Shown here: positions 29,871 through 37,416 of the stretch, piece by piece | Layout of the letters: every line of letters starts with the position of its first letter | Position numbering within the stretch: position 1 is the stretch's first letter | Assembly: GCA_035939315.1 (NCBI GenBank) | Contig: DASZFZ010000050.1 | Coordinates: forward strand, 3,370-67,369 | Source: Solirubrobacteraceae bacterium | Lineage (GTDB): Bacteria > Actinomycetota > Thermoleophilia > Solirubrobacterales > Solirubrobacteraceae | Direction: 5' to 3' | Length of the DNA stretch: 64,000 bases | The notes under the pieces: generated by a model | The model's database searches: none | What the model saw: only the letters and a program-made list of their open reading frames with translations | Told to the model about the DNA's origin: nothing | Position numbers and translations under genes: made by a program

Positions 29871-30950
29871 GTGGGCGGCGGCTCGACAGGACACCCGCAG
29901 GCGGCGGCCGCGCGAGGCCCGGCCCGGCGTCCTCGCCGCGGGGCCCTCGCGATCTGCGTGGCGCTCGCGCTGGGCGCCGGCATCGCCGTGCCCGGCGGCG
30001 CGATCGCCGCGGCGAGCCCGGCGGCGCCCGTGAGCGAAGCGCCCGCGCCGGCCGGCGCGCCGAGCGCCACGCCGGCGGCGGGCGCGCTGCGCCTGAGCGT
30101 CAGCGGCGCCGGCGGCACGCCGCGCTTCGCGCTGCTCGGGCGGCGCATCACGATCCGCGGCAGCGTCACGCCGTACGTGGCGGGCCAGCAGGTGCAGCTG
30201 AGCTTCGACCTGGACGGGCGCGCGGCGGGCGTGCGCGTGGCCGGCGTGCTGCCCGGGCCGCACGGCACGGGCCGCTTCGCGGTCGCCTTCGCCAGCCGCT
30301 ACGGAGGCCTGCTGCGCGTCCGCGCGGCCCACGCCGCGAGCGCCCAGCAGGCGGCGTTCGCCGCCAGCGCGCCCGAGCTTCGCTACGTCGACCCGAACGT
30401 CGGCTTCGGCGCGCGCGGGCAGTCGGTGCGGCTGCTGCAATCCGAGCTGTCTGCGCTGCACTACGCGGTCCCGCTGAGCGGCGTGTTCGACGAAGCCACC
30501 GGGCGGGCGCTCGTCGCCTACCGCAAGGTGACGGGCCTCGAACGGGTCGCGGCGGCGGGCGCGCGCGTGTTCGAGCTGCTGGCGCGCGGCGCCGGCGCCT
30601 TCCACGTGCGCTACCCGGGCGACGGGCGCCACGTCGAGGCCGACCTCGCCGAGCAGGTGCTGGCCGAGATCGAACCGGGCGGGCGGGTGTACCGGATCTA
30701 CACGACCAGCTCGGGCAAGCCCTCGACGCCGACGGTGCTCGGACGCTTTCGCGTTTACCTGAAGACGCCCGGCGAAAACAGCGAGGGGATGGTCGACTCC
30801 AACTACTTCATCCGCGGCTACGCGATCCACGGCTACGCGGAAGTACCGACGTACGCAGCCAGCCACGGGTGCCTGCGGGTGCCGATCCCGGATGCGCCGG
30901 CGATCTACGCGTGGGTGCGCGAAGGCACGCCGGTCGACGTCTACGAATAG
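29871..30950 (+). CDS. L,D-transpeptidase with peptidoglycan-binding domain
   Basis: PG_binding-like GQSVRLLQSELSALHY...FDEATGRALVAYRK. YkuD catalytic YAIHGYAEVPTYAASHGCLRVP. Signal-like N-terminus. Confidence 0.85.
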   Translation: MGGGSTGHPQAAAARGPARRPRRGALAICVALALGAGIAVPGGAIAAASPAAPVSEAPAPAGAPSATPAAGALRLSVSGAGGTPRFALLGRRITIRGSVTPYVAGQQVQLSFDLDGRAAGVRVAGVLPGPHGTGRFAVAFASRYGGLLRVRAAHAASAQQAAFAASAPELRYVDPNVGFGARGQSVRLLQSELSALHYAVPLSGVFDEATGRALVAYRKVTGLERVAAAGARVFELLARGAGAFHVRYPGDGRHVEADLAEQVLAEIEPGGRVYRIYTTSSGKPSTPTVLGRFRVYLKTPGENSEGMVDSNYFIRGYAIHGYAEVPTYAASHGCLRVPIPDAPAIYAWVREGTPVDVYE

Positions 30951-30952
30951 GG

Positions 30953-31300
30953 CTAGACGCGCACGAGCACCGCGCGCGAGAGGTAGCCCACGCCGAAGCC
31001 GTAGATGGCGAGCGCGAGCAGCAGCTTGACGCCGCGCACGACCCATTCGCTGCTGGAGCTCGAGATCACGCCCGCGAACGGCGAGGTCAGCTTTTCCGAG
31101 GCTTCTTCGAGCGTCTTGTGCAGGCCGCTCTCGTGGGCGCTCGGAGCGCTCGGGGTGGACGAGCCGTGGACGATCTCCTGCGTCTGGTGGGCCGAGGCGC
31201 TCTTGGACTGGTTGACGACGAAGATCGCGAAGGAGGCGAGCACGATCACGCAGATCGCCAGCGAGGCGAGTCGGATCAGGCGCACGAGCGGACGAACCAT
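30953..31300 (-). CDS. small two-TM hypothetical membrane protein
   Basis: ATG 31300 within track ORF 30953..31450. Hydrophobic segments at both ends. No clear SD. Confidence 0.4.
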   Translation of the reverse strand: MVRPLVRLIRLASLAICVIVLASFAIFVVNQSKSASAHQTQEIVHGSSTPSAPSAHESGLHKTLEEASEKLTSPFAGVISSSSSEWVVRGVKLLLALAIYGFGVGYLSRAVLVRV

Positions 31301-31346
31301 GGTCTGAGAGGATCGAAAGAAGCGCGCCGCTAGATTAGGCTGCGGC

Positions 31347-31937
31347 GTGCAGGCTGTAGACAAAGATACGAGCGCGCGAGGACGGGCCCGCGCGCGGCTG
31401 GTGGCGGAGCTGCGCGAGCACGCGCTGGTGATCGGCGAGGTCACGCTCACGAGCGGCGCGCTCGCCCAGTACTACGTGGACGCCAAGCGCGCGATCCTGC
31501 GGCCCGAGGGGTTCACGGCGCTCGCCGAGCTGCTCGCGGCGCAGGCCTGCGAGTGGGAGGCGACGGCCGTCGGCGGGATGACGATGGGCGCCGACGCGGT
31601 CGCCTGCGCGGCGCTGGCCGGCGGGGCGCCGGTGAAGGGGTTCTTCGTGCGCAAGGACGCCAAGGCCCACGGCCTGCAGCGGCGCATCGAGGGGCCGTTG
31701 CTCGGCCCGCACGACAGCTGCCTGGTGGTCGAGGACGTGGTCACCACGGGCGGCTCGACGCTCGCGGCGATCGCGGCGCTGCGGCAGGAGGGCCATCGAA
31801 TCTGCGGGGTCGTGAGCGTGCTCGACCGGCTCGCGGGCGCCGGCGCGGCGATCGAACGCGAGGCCGGCGCGCCGTATGTCGCGCTGAGCACGATCGACGA
31901 GGTGTATCCCGAGCGGCCCGACCGGGACGGGGCCTGA
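31347..31937 (+). CDS. pyrE: orotate phosphoribosyltransferase
   Basis: FTLTSG-like VTLTSGALAQYYVD and PRPP-binding CLVVEDVVTTGGS. Confidence 0.9.
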   Translation: MQAVDKDTSARGRARARLVAELREHALVIGEVTLTSGALAQYYVDAKRAILRPEGFTALAELLAAQACEWEATAVGGMTMGADAVACAALAGGAPVKGFFVRKDAKAHGLQRRIEGPLLGPHDSCLVVEDVVTTGGSTLAAIAALRQEGHRICGVVSVLDRLAGAGAAIEREAGAPYVALSTIDEVYPERPDRDGA

Positions 31938-31942
31938 GCGCC

Positions 31943-32467
31943 GTGTCGCGGGCCGACGGCGGCGAGGCGGGAGACCCGGGCCGGCTCGTGATCCGCGAGG
32001 CCGGTCCCGAGGACGTCACGTTGCTGCTCGGCCTGTTCAAAGAGCTCGCCGCCTACGAGCGGCTCGAGCACGAGCTGCGCGCGAGCGAGGCACAGCTGCG
32101 CCAGGCGCTGTTCGGCGAGCGCCCGGCCGCCGAGGCGCTGATCGCCGAGCTCGACGGCGAGGTCGCGGGCTATGCGCTGTTCTTCCCGACCTTCTCGACC
32201 TTCCTGGCGAGCCCGGGAGTGTGGCTCGAGGACCTGTTCGTGCGCCCGGCCTGCCGTCGCGCGGGCGTCGGGCGGGCGCTGCTCGCGGCGGTCGCGGCGC
32301 GCGTGCACGAGCGCGGCGGCGAACGCCTGGAGTGGGCGGCGCTCGACTGGAACGAGCTCGCGCTCGGCTTCTACCGGGGCATCGGCGCGCAGCAGATGAA
32401 CGAGTGGATCACCCACCGGCTGGTCGGGCAGTCGCTGGCGAGCCTCGCGGACGAGGCGCGGCGGTAG
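31943..32467 (+). CDS. GNAT family N-acetyltransferase
   Basis: GTG 31943, 5 nt after the pyrE stop. LEDLFVRPACRRAGVGRALLAAV acetyl-CoA motif. It is the last 174 codons of track ORF 31553..32467. Confidence 0.8.
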   Translation: MSRADGGEAGDPGRLVIREAGPEDVTLLLGLFKELAAYERLEHELRASEAQLRQALFGERPAAEALIAELDGEVAGYALFFPTFSTFLASPGVWLEDLFVRPACRRAGVGRALLAAVAARVHERGGERLEWAALDWNELALGFYRGIGAQQMNEWITHRLVGQSLASLADEARR

Positions 32468-32509
32468 CCTTCTTGGGCGGCCGCGGGCCGATCTGCCCGC
32501 CGACGCGAC

Positions 32510-32581
32510 GCCCTCGTAGTCCAACGGATAAGACGACCGCCTCCTAAGCGGTAAATCCAGGTTCGACTCCTGGCGGGGGCA
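32510..32581 (+). tRNA. tRNA-Arg (anticodon CCT)
   Basis: Hand-folded. Acceptor GCCCTCG/CGGGGGC (one G-U), anticodon arm ACCGC-CTCCTAA-GCGGT, T arm CCAGG-TTCGACT-CCTGG, discriminator A. No encoded CCA. Confidence 0.85.
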
Positions 32582-32663
32582 TGGGCAGTGCTCAGGCGCT
32601 CGCTGCAAGCGTCGCTGTGATGACGCGCTCTCGCCCGTCGGCGGAGACGAGTGCCACGGCGTA

Positions 32664-32724
32664 GCCCTCGTCGAATGCACGGGCCATCCTCCTAAGCGGT
32701 AATCCAGTTCGACTCTTGGAGCAC
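32664..32724 (+). pseudogene. degenerate copy of tRNA-Arg(CCT)
   Basis: GCCCTCGT... then CCTCCTAAGCGGTAA-TCCA-GTTCGACTCTTGG matches the genuine tRNA (CCTCCTAAGCGGTAAATCCAGGTTCGACTCCTGG). The D arm is scrambled and the acceptor 3' end is lost. Confidence 0.75.
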
Positions 32725-32750
32725 GGCGACGGCGTTAATCTGCCGTCGCC
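32725..32750 (-). terminator. stem-loop overlapping the stop codon of the nuclease gene
   Basis: GGCGACGGC-GTTAATCT-GCCGTCGCC, 9-bp stem. The TAA stop (complement of 32735-32737) is in the loop. Confidence 0.6.
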
Positions 32751-33805
32751 GTTTCCTTGGCAGCTAGGTCTGCTTGCTCATCCTGGGTCGCTTCCAGCCG
32801 CTCGGCCTCGTCCCAAAGCGAGCGACCGGTCGGCAATCTCCAGAACCAGGGGCCATGCACCCCGGTCGGCTTGAACCCCAGCTCATCGAGTAGACGCCAG
32901 ATGATCAGGCTGGGCGAGGATTCCTCGGCGTTGCGCTCCCATCGAAGCGCCTTCCGGCTGGACTTCCCGGTCCAGATTGCGCGGCCGCAAGACGGCTCCT
33001 GCTGTAGCAGTACCTCTATAGCCCTCTGCTGCTCCTCGGGAAATCTATCCGTGATCAGCGTCAGCTCTGTGCCGGGAGCCACCGCACTGTGATCGTTGAG
33101 GAGCGCTACCGTCTGGCGTTTCTTCTTTTTCGTCTCGCGCTGCTCTTCCATCTCGGCTCGGCGTCGCCGGCGCACGAGGTAGTCCTTCGCTTGGGGGGGA
33201 GGTAGCACCTGTCGAGCGTTGAGGACGGCCTGTCCTTCGCCAACGCGCCTCGCAACGATCTGGATACAGGCGATGTCCAGGCCGACTTCATTGAGCCAGA
33301 GGACGACGCTGCTCACGGAGGCGCCGAAGCTGGACGCTAGAAGACACACGCGGACCAGGCCAAGCTCGCTGTCCTCAAGCGAGGGAGCGTGCTCGATGAC
33401 CGCGCTGCGCGCAGCAGACGCATCTGTGTGCGCATAGCGCGAGTGCATCTCGATCACGTCCTCCACCGTGAGGTTCGCGCAATAGGCGGCGTACTTCAGT
33501 GCCTGCAGGTCGGTGGTATCACCGGCCTCTCCTCGCTTTAGCTCCGCAACGAGAAGATGGCCTTCCTTGTCGAGCATCAGCACGTCGAGGCGGTCTGCGA
33601 TTCGCTGCTCGCGCAGCTCCCACTGGTCGAACTCGGTCGTGATCAGCATCAAGTCTGGGCCGATCATCTCCGGATACCTCTCAACCCAGCTTTGAAGATC
33701 CTTGCGCTCCAGCAACTTCAACTCAGTGAGCGAGGACTCGCCTACCGGTTCTGCCTCCCGGCTGTGCAGATCGATCAGAAGCGCGTATTCCTCAAGGCCG
33801 GGCAT
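32735..33805 (-). CDS. PD-(D/E)xK (NucS/DUF91-like) nuclease fused to a Trp-rich C-terminal module (possibly RAMA-like DNA reader)
   Basis: RLDVLMLDKEGHLLVAELKRGEAGDTTDLQALKYAAY gives D...ExK...QxxxY. Central RRRRRAEMEEQRETKKKKR linker. The C-terminal ~110 aa hold AIWTGK..LRWERN..SPSLIIWRLL..GPWFWRLPTGRSLWDEA. Confidence 0.7.
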   Translation of the reverse strand: MPGLEEYALLIDLHSREAEPVGESSLTELKLLERKDLQSWVERYPEMIGPDLMLITTEFDQWELREQRIADRLDVLMLDKEGHLLVAELKRGEAGDTTDLQALKYAAYCANLTVEDVIEMHSRYAHTDASAARSAVIEHAPSLEDSELGLVRVCLLASSFGASVSSVVLWLNEVGLDIACIQIVARRVGEGQAVLNARQVLPPPQAKDYLVRRRRRAEMEEQRETKKKKRQTVALLNDHSAVAPGTELTLITDRFPEEQQRAIEVLLQQEPSCGRAIWTGKSSRKALRWERNAEESSPSLIIWRLLDELGFKPTGVHGPWFWRLPTGRSLWDEAERLEATQDEQADLAAKETATAD

Positions 33806-33903
33806 TGACCGTCGTAGCGTCCCACAAATCTGGACGACGTTTGCGTCTCAAACCAACTGCGCGAACAGCACGCCGTGTGCGCCATCGCGGCACGCTGGTC
33901 GAT

Positions 33904-33929
33904 ATCCAGGTTTGACTCTTGGCGGGGCA
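33904..33929 (+). repeat. fragment of tRNA-Arg 3' end (att-like direct repeat)
   Basis: ATCCAGGTTTGACTCTTGGCGGGGCA versus tRNA ATCCAGGTTCGACTCCTGGCGGGGGCA. It shares the CTCTTGG variant with the 32664-32724 copy. Confidence 0.7.
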
Positions 33930-33962
33930 CAGGAGGGGATGCCAACGGGCGCATGAACGAGG

Positions 33963-33968
33963 CATAAT
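33963..33968 (+). promoter_or_regulatory. -10 element (CATAAT) giving a probable leaderless transcript for the MNT gene
   Basis: CATAAT ends 6 nt before the A of ATG 33975, and there is no SD. The same 13-mer GCATAATGGACAC recurs upstream of ftsH (62288-62300). Confidence 0.45.
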
Positions 33969-33974
33969 GGACAC

Positions 33975-34526
33975 ATGAGCGCCCTGGGCCTGCTAGCGCG
34001 AGATGTCGGGGTCGACGAGCGAACGCTACGCCGCGCTGTGGCGGCCGGCACGCTTCGCGGGAGCCGCACTAGTCCCCGCAAGCTGGAGCTGGCTCTGAGC
34101 GAGCGCGAGTATGTCCGTCGCTCGTGGGGGCTGATCTCGATGCTGCGGGCGGGGCTTCGGACCGAACGCAATGTCCACCTTGCGGTGCTGTTCGGCTCGA
34201 CCGCGCAGGGCATCGACACACCGGAGAGCGACATCGATCTGCTCGTAGATCTGCGCGACGACACCTTGGCGCGAACCTTGGACCTGAAGGCAAAGCTAGC
34301 CGGACTGATGGGACGTCCGGTCGACCTGGTCGCGCTCGCCGATGTCGAGACGGAGCCATCGCTCCTCGCGCAGATCGTGCGCGATGGCCGAGTGCTGGTC
34401 GATCGCAACGGCGCATGGGGAGCTCTTCGCGCGCGAGAGGGTCAGCTGCGACGCCGGGGCGAGCAGGTTGACGCCCGTAGGGCCAAGAGCGCGCTGGCGG
34501 CGATCGACAGCATGCTTTCAACCTGA
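33975..34526 (+). CDS. nucleotidyltransferase (MNT-type antitoxin-like) with ~65 aa N-terminal extension
   Basis: LFGSTAQGIDTPESDIDLLVDL is the GS-x10-DxD minimal NTase motif. Followed 9 nt later by a HEPN-motif gene. Confidence 0.75.
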   Translation: MSALGLLARDVGVDERTLRRAVAAGTLRGSRTSPRKLELALSEREYVRRSWGLISMLRAGLRTERNVHLAVLFGSTAQGIDTPESDIDLLVDLRDDTLARTLDLKAKLAGLMGRPVDLVALADVETEPSLLAQIVRDGRVLVDRNGAWGALRAREGQLRRRGEQVDARRAKSALAAIDSMLST

Positions 34527-34535
34527 GGATCGGAC

Positions 34536-35069
34536 TTGTCGAGCGAGCCGCGCAAGGCGGAGCAAAAGCGCTGGCGGAGTCAGATAGTCAACCATCTCGC
34601 AGATTTCCCGCGCCAATTCGCCGCGCTTGAGCACGCGATGGCAGCGTTCGGCGGCGACTTCGATCTCCGTCAGTTCAAGCAGGCGTTCAACACGACAGAA
34701 GACATTGACGCCTACAACCGCGTGCAGTCGGTCGAGCGTGCCTTGGGCCGGGTGCAGAACTTCGTCGCGGACCTGGCCCGAGCTGGCGTCAAGCTCGCGC
34801 TGCTCCCGCCGGCGCCGGACAGGCATGCCTCGCCCGCGCACCAAGCATTCGTGTCTCTCCGTGAGGCGAGGGTGATCAGCGGACAGCTCTCCCGGCGGCT
34901 GATACGTGCGCAGGAGGCCAGGACTGCGGTAGAGCACGGCTACATCCAGGCCTCCGCAGGCCAGGTCCACCAGGCCGCTGAGCTCATCCGCGACAGCGCC
35001 CGCGATTTCATCGGGCCATACCGAAACTGGATCGAGACGTACCTCACCGAGGAGAATCGAGGCCAGTAG
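34536..35069 (+). CDS. HEPN-like protein (putative toxin partner of the MNT)
   Basis: Rx4H motif in QEARTAVEHGY near the C-terminal third. All-helical composition. Position immediately downstream of an MNT gene. Confidence 0.6.
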   Translation: MSSEPRKAEQKRWRSQIVNHLADFPRQFAALEHAMAAFGGDFDLRQFKQAFNTTEDIDAYNRVQSVERALGRVQNFVADLARAGVKLALLPPAPDRHASPAHQAFVSLREARVISGQLSRRLIRAQEARTAVEHGYIQASAGQVHQAAELIRDSARDFIGPYRNWIETYLTEENRGQ

Positions 35070-35193
35070 GGCCGACCCTCCCCCGCGCCGTGCGGACCGC
35101 TAGCGTGTCGCCAGCCACCAGCCGCCGCCCGCCAAGCGATGCCCGCGCGGCGGCCCATCAGCGGCCCATTTCTCGAACCCAGGGGGACCACGC

Positions 35194-35646
35194 ATGACCG
35201 CACCGCGCTCGACAAGCCTCGCCCTAGCCCTGGCCTGCGCGGCCCTGCTCGCGGGCTGCGGCTCCGGCGGCTCCAACACCACCGGCACGACCGGCTCCAC
35301 GGCGAGCACCCAGGGGTCGACGAGCACGGCGAGCTCCACGAGCACGTCCGCGCCGACGACGTCGAGCGCCCCCAACTCCACCACCTCGACCCAGCCCACG
35401 ACGCCCGCGCTGGGTGCCTCTGCCGCGGCTCAGTACGCCTCCGTCTGCAAGGCGATCATCAAAAGCGCCCCGTCGCTGTCGGCGACCGTGAAGGGAAAGG
35501 TGGAAGGCATCTGCGCCAAAGCCGCCAAAGGCGACGAGGCTGGCGCCCGCGCGGCCGCGAAAGAAGTGTGCGTGGAAGTCATCGACGCCTCGCCGATCCC
35601 CACGGCCGCCAAGCGGCGGGCGCTGGCGGAGTGCAAAGCGACGTGA
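35194..35646 (+). CDS. lipoprotein with Ser/Thr-rich linker
   Basis: Lipobox LLAGCGS after the signal peptide, a long S/T tract, and a Cys-containing helical C-terminus. Confidence 0.75.
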   Translation: MTAPRSTSLALALACAALLAGCGSGGSNTTGTTGSTASTQGSTSTASSTSTSAPTTSSAPNSTTSTQPTTPALGASAAAQYASVCKAIIKSAPSLSATVKGKVEGICAKAAKGDEAGARAAAKEVCVEVIDASPIPTAAKRRALAECKAT

Positions 35647-35702
35647 GCCGCTGAGCGGGCGCGCCGCCCGGGCTGCGGGCACGGCACGGAGGCCGTTCCC
35701 GT

Positions 35703-36386
35703 CTACGCCTCCGTCGCCGCGTCCTGCTCGTCGCCGTCGGGCGCCTCGTCGTCGTCCTCGTCCTCGTCGTCCTCCTCGCCCGCGTACAGCGACTCGCGGG
35801 CGAGCTCGCGGCCCTTGGCGTCGAACAGCTTGATCTCCAGCAGGTCGTGGCGGTAGTCGTCCGGGGCGATCAGCGTGAAGCGCTCGTCGAGGAGCACGCA
35901 CTGGTCGACGGCCAGGTCGGCGAGCTCGGCGGTGGCGATCGCGCCGGAGGGCACCAGCGGGCGCCCCCAGACGAGCGTCATGCTCGCCACCGCGCCCGCC
36001 TCCCCGCGCCAGCCGCCGATCACCTCGTCGCACAGGTCGAGCTTCCAGTCGGGGTTGTTCTCGGCGGTCTCTTCGGTGAAGTCGACGTGGGCGGAGAAGT
36101 CGCTCGGCTCCTCCCCCTCGCCGGCCGACCGGAAGCGCACGTAGCCGTAGAGCTCGTAGCCGCCCTCGGTCAGGACGGTGGCGGGCACGTAGGTGTGCCC
36201 GTGCCAGCCGCGGTCCGGATACCAGTAGATCGGGCCGGGCTCGCCGAGGTCCTCGCCGTCGGTGTCCAGGCGCAGGGCGGCGCTCAGGAACTCCTGGCCC
36301 AGGCGCTCGGCCCAGCGGCCGTAGGGCAGCTCCTCCTGCGGCGGCTCGGCCGCAAAGCGCGGTACGAAGCGTTGCTCGGGGGGCAC
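35703..36386 (-). CDS. hypothetical protein with poly-acidic C-terminal tail
   Basis: GTG 36386, 11 nt after the galT stop. It is the last 227 codons of track ORF 35703..36983. Tail is EEDDEDEDDDEAPDGDEQD. No domain recognised. Confidence 0.5.
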   Translation of the reverse strand: MPPEQRFVPRFAAEPPQEELPYGRWAERLGQEFLSAALRLDTDGEDLGEPGPIYWYPDRGWHGHTYVPATVLTEGGYELYGYVRFRSAGEGEEPSDFSAHVDFTEETAENNPDWKLDLCDEVIGGWRGEAGAVASMTLVWGRPLVPSGAIATAELADLAVDQCVLLDERFTLIAPDDYRHDLLEIKLFDAKGRELARESLYAGEEDDEDEDDDEAPDGDEQDAATEA

Positions 36387-36397
36387 TGGCCGGCAGC

Positions 36398-37414
36398 CTA
36401 GCCGCCGGCCTGGCGCAGCGCCGCGGCGGCGCGCTCGGGCTCGACGATGTTGAGGTTCAGGTCGGTCGAGAGCTCGAGCCCGGCGAGGTGGGTGAGCCGG
36501 GGCATCACGTCGACGCGCCAGCAGAAGTCCTCGGCGCCGCGCGGCGCGGTGCGGATCCACAGGTTCAGCGGCGGGCTCGAGCCCAGGTGGCTCGCCAGGC
36601 GGCGCAGGCCGTCGTGCAGCAGCGCGGCGCCCGTGGGCCCGTCGTCCTCGAAGCGCGCCCGGGGGGTGCGCGGGGCGAGCATCAGCTGGAAGGGCAGCCG
36701 CGAGGCGTAGGGGGCGATCAGCACGGCCTCCTCGTCGATCGCGACGACGCGCTCGCGCCGGCGCACCTCCTCGGCCACGAGGTCGCCGAGCAGGTTCTGC
36801 CCCATCGTCCTCGTCGTGTACGCGCTCGCGCGCTCGCGCTCGCGGGCGACGGTCGCGGGCACGAAGTCCAGCGCGTAGAGCTGGGCGTGGGTGTGGGGCA
36901 GCGAGGCGCCCGCCTCGCGGCGCTCGTTGACGATCAGCTGCAGGTAGGCGCTGGCGGCGTGCGCGCGCATCCGCTCGCGCCACACCTCGACGGCCGCGAC
37001 CACCTGCTCGACGGGCAGCTCGGCCAGCGAGAGCACCGACTGCGGTCCGTTCACGATCACCTCGTGCGCGCCGTGGGCGGGCAGCGAGGAGAACAGCTCG
37101 GGCGCCGAGCGCGGGCCGCCGAGCTCGACCGCGGCGGGCCGGCCCGCGCCGTTCGCGTCCCCTTCGGTCAGCGCCGGATACAGGTTCGGCACGACCCGCA
37201 CGGTCCAGCCCGGCGAGTCGGGCGGCCCGCCGCCGGGGCGCACGGCGTAGAGCTCCGGCGGAGTGCGGGCCTCGTGGCCCTCGGCGAAGGGATCCTGCTC
37301 GGGGTCGATCGGCGCGGGCGGCTCGCAGCGCGGCTCGCCGCCGGGGCGCGTCGAGCGCTCCCCCGCGACGATCGTGCGGTGCCCGCTGAGCGGGTCGATG
37401 CGCAGCTCCTGCAA
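36398..37414 (-). CDS. galT: galactose-1-phosphate uridylyltransferase (HIT superfamily)
   Basis: TTG 37414, 2 nt after the upstream stop. ELRIDPLSG, VVPNLYPAL, and HxHxQ active site LPHTHAQLYAL. Confidence 0.8.
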   Translation of the reverse strand: MQELRIDPLSGHRTIVAGERSTRPGGEPRCEPPAPIDPEQDPFAEGHEARTPPELYAVRPGGGPPDSPGWTVRVVPNLYPALTEGDANGAGRPAAVELGGPRSAPELFSSLPAHGAHEVIVNGPQSVLSLAELPVEQVVAAVEVWRERMRAHAASAYLQLIVNERREAGASLPHTHAQLYALDFVPATVARERERASAYTTRTMGQNLLGDLVAEEVRRRERVVAIDEEAVLIAPYASRLPFQLMLAPRTPRARFEDDGPTGAALLHDGLRRLASHLGSSPPLNLWIRTAPRGAEDFCWRVDVMPRLTHLAGLELSTDLNLNIVEPERAAAALRQAGG

Positions 37415-37416
37415 GC

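Larger units (their letters stand above)
32582..35100. mobile_element. degraded tRNA-Arg-associated genomic islet (no integrase), two cargo cassettes separated by tRNA-derived repeats
   Basis: Starts immediately 3' of tRNA-Arg. Contains a pseudo-tRNA (32664-32724) and a tRNA 3'-end fragment (33904-33929). Hand-sampled lines give about 52-68% GC, below the flanks. The right boundary is approximate. Confidence 0.55.

Noticed and set aside
32582-35100. I looked for an integrase, recombinase, transposase or excisionase to make the tRNA-Arg islet a bona fide integrative element.
   Set aside because: None of the six-frame ORFs here shows tyrosine or serine recombinase or DDE motifs. I call the islet a degraded remnant rather than an active mobile element.
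35161-35190. A possible fourth tRNA-Arg 3'-end fragment (CCATTTCTCGAACCCAGGGGGACCAC) that would mark the distal end of the islet.
   Set aside because: Similarity to the T arm and acceptor is scattered, with only short runs matching. I cannot distinguish it from chance by eye. The right boundary of the islet therefore stays approximate.
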